Both the position numbers and the translations under genes were made by a program. The notes under the pieces were generated by a model. It was not told the DNA's origin. It worked only from the letters and a program-made list of their open reading frames with translations, and did no database searches. Shown in pieces: positions 1 through 9,290 of a DNA stretch of 64,000 nt; positions within the stretch are counted from its first letter, which is position 1; every line of letters starts with the position of its first letter. This stretch comes from Candidatus Bathyarchaeota archaeon (GTDB lineage Archaea > Thermoproteota > Bathyarchaeia > Bathyarchaeales > Bathycorpusculaceae), in contig CAWAKC010000010.1 of the NCBI GenBank assembly GCA_963782525.1, positions 1 through 64,000 on the forward strand. Direction: 5' to 3'.

Positions 1-206
1 CTAGGCAGTTGGCAGGTATTCTTGGAGGGAGAGGAGCTATCGGCATAGTGATAGCAACGGTTGCTTTTAGCGAAGGTTCATTAAATGAATCGGGCTTTTC
101 TTTAGTCATACTTGCGACTTTAATAATGTCATTAATGCTTCCCCTTATTGCAGGAAGAATAAATAAGAGAAAGAAAACGGAATACGCTACTCAACCAGAA
201 GTTTGA
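1..206 (+). CDS. C-terminal end of cation:proton antiporter (Na+/H+ exchanger family), partial
   Basis: GRGAIGIVIA motif followed by a TM helix and basic tail, typical of a CPA C-terminus; truncated by the window edge. Confidence 0.6.
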   Translation, partial: RQLAGILGGRGAIGIVIATVAFSEGSLNESGFSLVILATLIMSLMLPLIAGRINKRKKTEYATQPEV

Positions 207-507
207 ATCTTAAAAATTATTAGAATTGTTTTTACCTTACCATCAACTAAAACTTCAAATGAAAGACCACTAAATTTAAATGAGCCTGTATTATCGCTCC
301 CAGCAAATTATTCTGATAATACTCGCTTTTATGTCAACCACAAAAGAAGAAAGCGTCCTAAGCAACACTTCTACTTAACAAAATCTCTTCTAATTTCTTC
401 CTTTTATGGAACAGCAGTTTTAGCGCCTGTATCTAAATTGCCTAAACTATAAACACTTGTTACGATATAGCCGGAGGGCATCGAATGCATTCCGCGAATT
501 TAATCAT

Positions 508-1469
508 TTATTGGTCTTTTTCTTTTTCCAACTTTATTGGTGGAAATCCTGTAATATTCATAGTTGTTGATGCAATTTTGATTTTTTGAGAACTCTCAAT
601 TTCACTGAGAATAAGTCTGCTTAATTTATCATGAAGAATTCTTCTTTGCCTGACTTCAGTTACATATCTAATCCCAAAAGTTATCCAGTTATCAGTCAGA
701 GTCAGGAAAATAGCAGGTTGAAGCGACCTTTTAGTAAAGTAATATTTCCCTTCAATTTTCTCCATAATCTTCTGAGCTTTTTCGCTAACGTCAACGGTTT
801 CTTTAGTTACAATTTCAAGAATTTTTTCAGATGCCTCTTTCCAATCGCTATCATAAGTAATTGGAATAGTTATTTCATCCCAAATAAAATCGAAATCTCG
901 AGTATAATTCTGTATTGTACCATTTAGAACCAAACCATTTGGAACAGTTGTCAACCTTCCCGTCACCTGGTCTCCTGCCACCCACTCCCGTGTCTCCATA
1001 AGCGTAGTATAGAAAAGACTAATGTCAATAACATCTCCAAATTTTTCATTAAGCTCAACCCTATCTCCAACCCGATAGAAATCCCGTTTAAGAATATCAT
1101 TATACCCCCGATAAAATTTTTAAAAATATCTTGTAAAGCAAAGGCAACGGCAGCTCCAATTAATCCAAAGGCAATCAAAATGTTTTGGGTTTCCACTATC
1201 CAGATAGCTACAAAAATAATGATTGATACTGCAATGTTCAATATCGAAATTATCTTTCTAAGAAAATATTTAGTCTTTGAGTCTTTAACTTTTTTTGATG
1301 CGTATTCTTCGAAAACAATTTCAAAAATGAAGTAGATTATAGCCAGAGCTGAAAACGTAAAGAAAATCTTTTCAAGATATACATTTGGATATTGGAAATT
1401 ACCAAAGAAAAGCAAAGATGATAAAGCAATCAAGACAAATAGAATTATTGCCTTAGATCTTGCCACCAT
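508..1469 (-). pseudogene. mscS: Small-conductance mechanosensitive channel (MscS family), frameshifted
   Basis: 963..1469 has GAAVAFALQDIFKNFIGG. A frame change near 1080 restores YRVGDRVELNEKFGDVIDI, which continues into 508..999 (TVPNGLVLNGTIQNYT). Could be an assembly indel. Confidence 0.8.
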
Positions 1470-1635
1470 TTTATTTCTCCAAACCTAAATTGGGATCAGT
1501 TGTATATATACAAATTTTTAAGCCTTTGATCTGTTTTGATTTATATTGTGTTGTTAGTAGTTGTTGTCTGCGTGTGTTTGGCAACCGAAATACTTTAAAG
1601 AAAAAACCGTAATATTTTGATTGGTATAGATTTTG

Positions 1636-1929
1636 ATGAAATTTAATCAATTAGTTAACCAAATGGTAATGGTGCAAACGGTTTTGTCATAGGCAAAGTA
1701 AAAGACGTTGTTATAGATACTGAAGAGTGGAAAATAACTCACCTTGAAGTCGAATTAAGCAAGGAAGCTACTGAACAAATCCTTGGCGTAAAGCCCGCGT
1801 TGTTTGATCTTCCAAGAAACACATTGGCCATTTCTGCGTTAGAAAAAGGTGTTATAGGCTGTCACTGAAAACGGAATAAACCTTAAGGTAACAAAAGATC
1901 AATTAGCCCTCTACTTAAGACCAACATAG
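1636..1929 (+). pseudogene. PRC-barrel domain protein, frameshifted
   Basis: MKFNQLVNQMV / GANGFVIGKVKDVVIDTEEWKITHLEVEL ... / VTENGINLKVTKDQL read across frame changes; not in the ORF track. Confidence 0.65.
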
Positions 1930-2435
1930 GCGTGGTAAAAGGAACTCTGTTTATGCTATCGTTCAATCTTCTTATCCTTTTCTTGGTATTAGTAACCTCC
2001 ATACGGTTAAGCGTTAGTTATCATGGGTTACGACGATAGAGCAATTTTAAAGATTAGGAAACTCACGGAAACATTTATCAAAAATAAGCATCCACGATTT
2101 AAGAAGGAATTTGCGGTCAGTAAGCATCAACAATTCGGGAAAACGTCTGATTATATTGTTTGTCTGCTGCTAGACTCATGCCCGCCGTCATGGCTAACCC
2201 CCGAATCCTAAGAGGCTTATCCGCCATCTTTTATAGAACGCCAAAAAGGCAGAACAGATGACCGATGCTCCAGTGCAGTTTACAGTCTTCTCATTTCGGT
2301 TTGCGCCTTCTTGGTTAGTTGTTTCATTTTTTGGCATTAAAATCAAGGAATAGGTTCGGGAGCAGAACGCTGAAATAATTATTAGCCCAATTGCGATAAT
2401 AACGCTTTAATGCCAATCAAGGAAAATACTTTACA

Positions 2436-2607
2436 ATGAACCTAACAGAACGAAGAACGGCCCAGTCTACTGCTTGCCAAGCGGGGATTAAGCGGTTATA
2501 AGATCGCGCGCAAAATCAATAAAGACACACCAAGTGTAACCCTCTCAAGAAAAAGGGCGCAAAAAAGGCTAAGGACGCACTAAATGATCTTTGGGCAAAA
2601 AAATAGA
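2436..2607 (+). pseudogene. Degraded small HTH protein
   Basis: Fragments MNLTE / LLLAKRGLSGYKIARKINKDTPSVT lie in different frames. Confidence 0.4.
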
Positions 2608-2689
2608 TATACTTTTGCCAGAGGTAGGATCGTTAATCGCTGTTTACGGTTTTTTCGTTTCGTTTGTAGGCGTTTATTTGTAGATCCAT

Positions 2690-4971
2690 TTACCGTTTAG
2701 CTCCTAGGGGGGGCAAACGTATTGTGAAAGTTGTGCCTTTTCCTTTTTCACTTTCAAAGGTTACGGTCCCATTCATAGATTCAGTTACACGCTTCACAAC
2801 TGCGAGCCCAAAGCCTTGTCCCTTCGATTTGGTAGTGAACATGGGCGTGAACAATTTACTCTTGACTTCTTCAGGTATTCCTTCGCCTGTGTCTTGGACC
2901 TCAATGACAAGACCGCCTTCTTTGCGGTAAGCGTAGATAGATAGTTTGCCGCCCTTTGGCATAGCTTGAACCGCGTTGAGGACCAAATTGCTGATGACAC
3001 GTTTTAGGAAATCGGGATCAGCCATTACTGTTTTTGCTTCTTTTTCAGCTTTACAGGAAGTTTTAATGTTGTTTGGTATCTTGCTTTTTAAGAAAACTTC
3101 TTGACATAAATTCTCTAAGTCTATTTCTTTGGCGATTGGTTGAAGAGGTCTGGCGTAGTCTTGTAGGTCCGCCACTATCTTGTTGATATAATCGATGTTT
3201 TTTTCAATCTCTGTTAGGCTTTCTATTGCATTCTTCTTTTTCTTCAGTCTCAGGTGTTAAAGCCAATTCTGTCTTTGCCAAATAAACATCGCCGGTAATA
3301 GCTTGCAATGGATTACGTATGTCATGACCGACCATTCCCGCAGTAGCACCTATCGCGGCTAAACGCTCAGCATCTTTAAGCGCCTTAGTTCTCTCTTCAA
3401 CTAGGTTCTCTAAGTTTATAGCGTATTGTTCAAGTTTGTTTTGTAATTCTTTGCGTTCAGTAATGTTTCTAATTAGCACACCAACTTGGTTCTTGCCGAA
3501 TGGAAAGGAATATGTTTGAAAATAACTATGGAGCGGTTTACTGTAATTTTCAAAACTTGCAGGCTCGCCAGTTCTTTCCACGTTGCCAAACGCTTCAAGC
3601 CAGTAGTTTTCAGAGCCTGGATAAACCTCACTTGTGGTCTTACCCAAAACTTCAGAAGCTTTAACACCAGTTAGCTTCTCATAGACTTTGTTAACTTCGA
3701 GGTAACGGAAATCACAAGCGTCACCTTTCTCATTACGGATTACTTCAATAAGTTCGAAACCCTCGTCAAGGTTATCAAAAAGATAACGATAGTGAGCTTC
3801 TGCTTTCACAAGAGCGTCTTCAGCTTTTTTCCGTTCAGTGACATCTTTTGCGGTGCCAAACCATTCTATTATTTCACCATCTTTATCTAGCAATGGAATT
3901 GCTCGAGAGAATGTCCATCCCAAGCTGCCATCTACCTGTATAACCTTATGTTCAAGCTCAAAGATACCTTTAGTCTCAATGGCCCGTTTGATGACTTCCT
4001 TGACGTGTTGTTGGTCGTCTGGGTGAATGTACTTCTTCATCCACGATCTGTCTGGCTCGTCTGTATCTGCAATAAAATTCTGACCGCATAACTGACGCAT
4101 CTCACTCCAATCTGCATTCATTCGATACACTACATCCGAGGTCGATGTCACATATGCGCGTAGTCGTGCCTCGCTCTCACTCAGAGCTTCTTCAGCTTTC
4201 TTGCGCTCACCAATTTCGATTTCTAGATCATCTTTGGATGCGGTTACAGTTTTCAGGTTAGTAGTCATCTGGTTAAAGGCTCTGGATAAATCGCCAATTT
4301 CGTCATTGCTATGAGTGTTAATTGAGTAGTTAAGATTGCCTGAACCAATAATTTTTGTGTCTTCTTGAAGCTTTGTTATTGACCTAAAAGTGCGTCGGTA
4401 ACTAATGAAGTAAACAGTGACAAAATACGCTAAAAATGCGCCTAATAGAACAAAAATGAGCAGGCTGTTTGTTTGCCTTAGCTGGTCAACTTGATCAGTC
4501 AGAGCTTTGGTTAGTACAGAAGCGTCAAAAGCAAGTGCTTGGTTTTGCAGATTTAACCGTGTGGTATAAGTTTTTAGAAGTGGATGAACTATTCCACTTT
4601 CATTTGCAGGTATACTCTGTAGATAAGCTGCTGAATTATTGAAAACTGTACCTAACTGTTGCATGTCGCTCTGAACGTTATTAGTTAGTTCTGTTAATCT
4701 TGAGCTGGACGGGTTTATTTGGGAAAGTTCCTTAGAAATGGAAGAGAACTGGTTTTGCCACAAGGTTAATTGACCGCTCTGTTTGTTTTGGAAATAATCA
4801 TTCGAAAGATAGGCAAGGTTATTAGCACCCGTCTCAATGTTTTGTGCTGATTCGGGCATCACCGCTAACTTGGGCTACTTGCTGATTACTGATAACAACC
4901 GACACAGAGATAACTAATAAAACTATGCCAAAGACGACGATGCTGATTATGAGTTGGCTTTTTAGCTTCAT
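2690..4971 (-). pseudogene. Membrane sensor histidine kinase (TM-sensor-TM-HAMP-PAS-PAS-HisKA-HATPase), two frameshifts
   Basis: N-terminal TM MKLKSQLIISIVVFG from 4971; HAMP DEIGDLSRAFNQM; H-box GHDIRNPL; N-box NLVLNAVQAM, G1 DTGEGI and G2 GQGFGL in 2690..3175. Breaks near 4862 and 3235. Confidence 0.85.
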
Positions 4972-4979
4972 TGTTTACC

Positions 4980-6011
4980 TCAGCTTATAACGTTCACGGA
5001 ATCTGGTTTAACCGACTTAAGACCGCTGGTATATATGTAATTTAGAAAATTTGGAGTTGTGGTTGAATTGTTCAAATGGTTAACAATGAGCCATTGAGCT
5101 TCATCCTGCAAAGCAACAATAAGCGATTGGTCCAGCGAGAGCGAGAACCTGTATTGAGGCCAAACTGCCTCGACATAAGCGGCCTCAAAGTTAAGGCGAT
5201 TTTGCAGTATAACCTTCGCATCTGCGGGGTGACTGATGACGTATTGCTCAGCTTGAACAAGAGCATTCAAAAACCGCTCTACGAGTTCGGGATTGCTGTT
5301 TATCCAACTAGTTTGGCTTATGACGCAATCATAGGCTACTTGCCCGCTTTGGGCATCCCACATGACTAAGCTACTGTTACCCAGCCTATTTTCTATTGCA
5401 CCAACATAGGGTTGCCAAGCAACCACGGCATCTACAGTTCCATTTGCCAAAGCGTCCTCCACTTGAGAAGGAGGAACGTTAACAAGGTTCAATTGACTGA
5501 GACCCAACCTGTTTAACTCAAGGAAACGCCCCAAATAAAACTGCGATGCTGTCTGGAGGGACAAGCCAACTTTTTTCCCTTCAAGATCTGCAATATTTTC
5601 GATGCCGTGGTCTTTGTTGCCAATAACATAAATCTGCAAGAACTTATCGATGCTCACAAAAGTTTGGATGCTTTCGTTGTCTACAGCATTTCTGGCCACG
5701 ACAAACTCTGATGCTGTAGCAATATTCACTTCCCCGTTTAAAAGTCCATTGACTGCTGCGGCACCAGAAGAGTAATCTTTCATTGTTACGTTTAGCCCAT
5801 TAGTGGCAAAATAATTGTTTTCAGCAACATATACTATCAGGTTTACCTGATTAGGTTCCATTCCGACAGAAATTGATTCAACTTTTCCTGTATAGAGCTT
5901 CTGAGAGCTGAGGTAAAGAAATGAGCTCAAGATGATTGCCGCTACCAAGATAGCGACAACAATGACTATTATTCTTCGTTTCTTTATTACCGATGACAAG
6001 TTTGCCTTCAT
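4980..6011 (-). CDS. Substrate-binding protein, NMT1/SsuA/TauA family
   Basis: N-terminal TM anchor; YFATNGLNV, DLEGKKVG and GTVDAVVAWQPY motifs. Confidence 0.85.
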   Translation of the reverse strand: MKANLSSVIKKRRIIVIVVAILVAAIILSSFLYLSSQKLYTGKVESISVGMEPNQVNLIVYVAENNYFATNGLNVTMKDYSSGAAAVNGLLNGEVNIATASEFVVARNAVDNESIQTFVSIDKFLQIYVIGNKDHGIENIADLEGKKVGLSLQTASQFYLGRFLELNRLGLSQLNLVNVPPSQVEDALANGTVDAVVAWQPYVGAIENRLGNSSLVMWDAQSGQVAYDCVISQTSWINSNPELVERFLNALVQAEQYVISHPADAKVILQNRLNFEAAYVEAVWPQYRFSLSLDQSLIVALQDEAQWLIVNHLNNSTTTPNFLNYIYTSGLKSVKPDSVNVIS

Positions 6012-6121
6012 CCAGCCGAAGATTAGTACAACTGGGAGACTTAACGTATATATGACTATCTAAATTACTCTTAAGTTACCGCTTTTCTTTGCATTGTTGG
6101 ATATTGTAGGCTTGAATAATG

Positions 6122-6598
6122 TCACACCGTTAATTCATCATTTCCACCGCTACCCCACGATTCAAACGCAAATCGGGTAAGAGCCCAGTGCCAACCTCTT
6201 TTCTCAACAATGCGTTCGCCAAACTCTTTCTCGAGGCGCTTATTCATCCTTAAGATTCTACGGCTAACTTGATGCCGCATAACTTTGTACTGCCCAAGTT
6301 TTGCTGCCAGCTCCTTTGGCAACAAGCCAGGCGACCCCGCCTCAAAGAGTAACTGCAGAATTTCGCGATCAACATCATCTTCACAAGCTATGCGCTCGAT
6401 CAGTGATTGCTCAAAATTGAAAGTTCCCTTCAATCCTGCAAATATAGTGCGTAGCATCAGCTTAACCTCTTCAACTTCTGCCAACGTTTGTTTAAGGAGT
6501 TGCTGATTATACTTCAGACGACCAATCTTATCGCTTTGGCTACGCTTCTTTTTTTGGTTTTGAACAGGTTTTTCGGTTTCTTCCATGTCAAAATGCAC
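6122..6598 (-). CDS. Winged-helix DNA-binding protein with C-terminal KRGWHWALT motif
   Basis: DREILQLL...LLPKELAAKL...RHQVSRRILRMNKRL helix pattern followed by a wing. Confidence 0.6.
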   Translation of the reverse strand: MHFDMEETEKPVQNQKKKRSQSDKIGRLKYNQQLLKQTLAEVEEVKLMLRTIFAGLKGTFNFEQSLIERIACEDDVDREILQLLFEAGSPGLLPKELAAKLGQYKVMRHQVSRRILRMNKRLEKEFGERIVEKRGWHWALTRFAFESWGSGGNDELTV

Positions 6599-6790
6599 AC
6601 TCCAAGAATTCTTGCTCCATCAACGCATGGCAAAATTAGCAGTGGGTAATCAGGACCAACCAACCGCAGAAAAGCGACTTGCGAAAAGCATGGACTTTTC
6701 CCATGCCTAAGGATATGTGCCAAAATAGCTTTTGAACAGGTTTTTACTGCCATTACTGTTATTCTAAACTTAGGATTTTCTGCAACTATC

Positions 6791-7745
6791 CTAAGACACA
6801 TAGCTATTTCCTCCCTCAACTGAACCTTTAGCGATGTCTTGAGTGCCCTCAGAAATCCACAAGTTTACCCAAAATATCGGCAACTCTTCCTAAGTCACAA
6901 CCCATCTTCTCCAGCTTGGCAAGGCTACCTGAAATCTTCTCTAAATCGCAAAGTACATTGTCGAATTGACCTTCAAGTTTCTTGACTCGTTCAGGCATTA
7001 GCAAATATTCAACTGCAGCGTCACGTCCAAGGTGATCAAGCTCGCCTTCGTCTTCTCCTGGACTGTCATCAATTACTCGTTTGGGAGTGCTTACTGTAAA
7101 GTAGCGGTTGAGAAGATTAGCAACAGGATCATCGACGCCTAACTCATGGCGTTTGTTTATTTTGCCATCACCTAAAACGCAGCCGTACTTGCTCATCAGA
7201 CCCTTAGCCACGCGGTCCGCCAAAGTTTTAGCAGTTGTCACTAACTCTCCCGGGCTTCGACCATACAGTGTTTCCACATGAACAATCCAAGATGTCGTCG
7301 TATGCCTAACTTTGACACCTTGCTCTAAGCCCAAAAGAGCTGTCCAATTCTGCATCTCAATTCGCTTAAAATCCGCTGAAGGATAAACGCCCTCTCGTAA
7401 AACGGGAAACTTGAAAAAACATCGATGAAGACGAAAAACGCCACTGCTGAAAAGTACTCCCTCACATGATATGAGAAAGTTTTGACCTCGCTCAGTCAAC
7501 TCATAATCTACAAAGTTGCTGCGCTTTAACCTGTGGATTAAGCCTGCCTTTTCCAGCTTCTTAACATAGTAATCGACATGCTGTTTGCTCCATCCACGGA
7601 CGCGCCCTATCTTGGCAGGATACATCTTAACCTCAATACCCTTAAGGATCGGGAGAACACGAGAGCGAACAGTAGAGAAGTCAAATTTGACTTTGGACTT
7701 TGAAAGCGCAAAATTTTGACTTCTATCTTCAGAGGTTTTTGCCAA
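6791..7745 (-). CDS. wHTH plus uncharacterised domain and coiled coil, element-associated (possible replication protein)
   Basis: N-terminal wHTH (HVDYYVKKLEKAGLI...YELTERG). The track ORF stops at 6849, but removing one base extends it to VDSEGTQDIAKGSVEGGNSYVS* at 6791. Confidence 0.55.
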
Positions 7746-7752
7746 AAATAAT

Positions 7753-8010
7753 TCACCCTAGTTTTGGAATGACTTTTTCCTTGATTCTTTGCCTAAGCGC
7801 TTCAATGCCCTCGTCGAGCTCTGCCAAAGTTAACAAACGTTTTCCATGAAACTCTGCTAACGCTGCTCTGAGTGAATCGCGGTTTTCCACTGTGTCTTTT
7901 ATGCGAAAGAAAGCAGAAAGACCAGCTATGCCATCAACCGTAACTGGCGCCGCCATAACATCGAACTCATCGTTTTTGGGAGTTCCAGGCGCAAAGTAGC
8001 AGTGCTCCAA
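7753..8010 (-). CDS. Hypothetical protein (frame open upstream to ~8094)
   Basis: Co-oriented with neighbours. An AGGAGGT SD-like site near 8100 precedes an in-frame ATA. Confidence 0.5.
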   Translation of the reverse strand: MEHCYFAPGTPKNDEFDVMAAPVTVDGIAGLSAFFRIKDTVENRDSLRAALAEFHGKRLLTLAELDEGIEALRQRIKEKVIPKLG

Positions 8011-8068
8011 ATATTCGCCAAAGCCGCCGTTATAGCCAAAAACAATCCAGCGATCATCAATGAGCCAA

Positions 8069-8257
8069 TCAACCGCATTTACTTTGATGATTATTGAGAA
8101 CCTCCTTTTTCTGCGATCTAAGGCTCAAGGCAGAACAGGTGTCGCTTGATGCAAGATGGTTAACTGATTTTCTGCCCTCTAACGTTGGCTCAGTACAGCG
8201 CCCACACCAAAAAGTGCAGTCCATACACTGAGATCCTTTGCCAGAAAAACCGCTCAA
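8069..8257 (-). CDS. Small Cys-rich hypothetical protein
   Basis: CxxCxxxCxxC...C pattern; first gene after the tRNA. Confidence 0.4.
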   Translation of the reverse strand: MSGFSGKGSQCMDCTFWCGRCTEPTLEGRKSVNHLASSDTCSALSLRSQKKEVLNNHQSKCG

Positions 8258-8342
8258 AATCTTAGAGCGTGCGCTAAGAATAAAATTACTAAAAAAAGAA
8301 AGAGGAGAATTGGGAGGATTCAGTATAAATGTAGTTGTACAT

Positions 8343-8420
8343 TGGCGGGTCCGACGGGAATTGAACCCGCGACCCCCGGATTAAAAGTCCGGTGCTCTAG
8401 CCTGACTGAGCTACGGACCC
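8343..8420 (-). tRNA. tRNA-Lys(TTT), CCA encoded
   Basis: GGGTCCG/CGGACCC acceptor stem, CCGGA-CTTTTAA-TCCGG anticodon arm, GGTTCAATTCC T arm. Confidence 0.96.
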
Positions 8421-8500
8421 GCAAAGATTCGTTGCGGCTGATAGAAAAACACGAAGGGGTTTTTTAGTATTTCTATTGGTTTAGCGATAAAAAGAAACTG

Positions 8501-8890
8501 TTAATGGGTTATTTGGGCTTTGAGGATTGTTGACATGAAGCCCTTGATTTTTTCCTGTGAGTTGAGGATGGTAGCTATGGTTTTTGCGCCTTTTTCTGTG
8601 AGTTTGTAGACTCTTTTGCGTTCGATCCAAACGCCTTCGATGAGCTCGTTGCGTTCAAGCGAATAGAGTAGTGAATACACTGTTCCTGAGCTGGCGAGGA
8701 AGCCGAATTTGTTATGTATGAATGAGATGACGTCGTATCCGCTTATAGGTCCATTTTGTAGTTCAGCCATTATGATTGTGTCCATGAAGCTTTTGATTAC
8801 GCGTTCATGCATTTTTTTGATTATTCTTGATTCTGATTTTTCTCCGTTTACTGTGATTGTTAAGGCTACCATGTTACTTATTCTCCTCAC
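8501..8890 (-). CDS. PadR family transcriptional regulator
   Basis: SGYDVI...SSGTVYSLLYSLERNELI...KRVYKLTEKG. Confidence 0.9.
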   Translation of the reverse strand: MRRISNMVALTITVNGEKSESRIIKKMHERVIKSFMDTIIMAELQNGPISGYDVISFIHNKFGFLASSGTVYSLLYSLERNELIEGVWIERKRVYKLTEKGAKTIATILNSQEKIKGFMSTILKAQITH

Positions 8891-9290
8891 TCGTTGTTTA
8901 TTCTTGTTTAGATATATAAGACTTATTCGGATTTAGAATAATATGTTATAACAAAAGGAAAATAGTATAAACAAAATAGATTTTACCTCAACTACGCGCT
9001 TGCCTTCAACACACAAAAAAAATCTCGCGTCTCTCAAAAACTTTTTCACATATGGCAACATAACATACCTCCACACATATGATAGTTAACATAGAAGTGT
9101 CATTTTATTGAACTCAATTTCAAGAAAAATTTCACTATTTATATACATAAACCCATACAAACCCAACCAGTTTTAACTTTAAAATTTCCATTTTTCTGCT
9201 AACCCGCCCGAATTTATTAGTTAGCGATATATATGCATGTTAACAAACGTTAATTCTCATTTTACCTATCCCAGCTATGGTGCCCTAAAC

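Larger units (their letters stand above)
1..8342. mobile_element. Putative integrated element / genomic island at the tRNA-Lys 3' end
   Basis: Abuts the tRNA CCA end; co-oriented small hypothetical and wHTH genes at 6122-8257, then decayed cargo. No integrase or second att site inside the window. Confidence 0.45.

Noticed and set aside
6514-6819. 101-aa minus-strand ORF
   Set aside because: Overlaps both neighbours and crosses a palindrome-rich spacer; no motif
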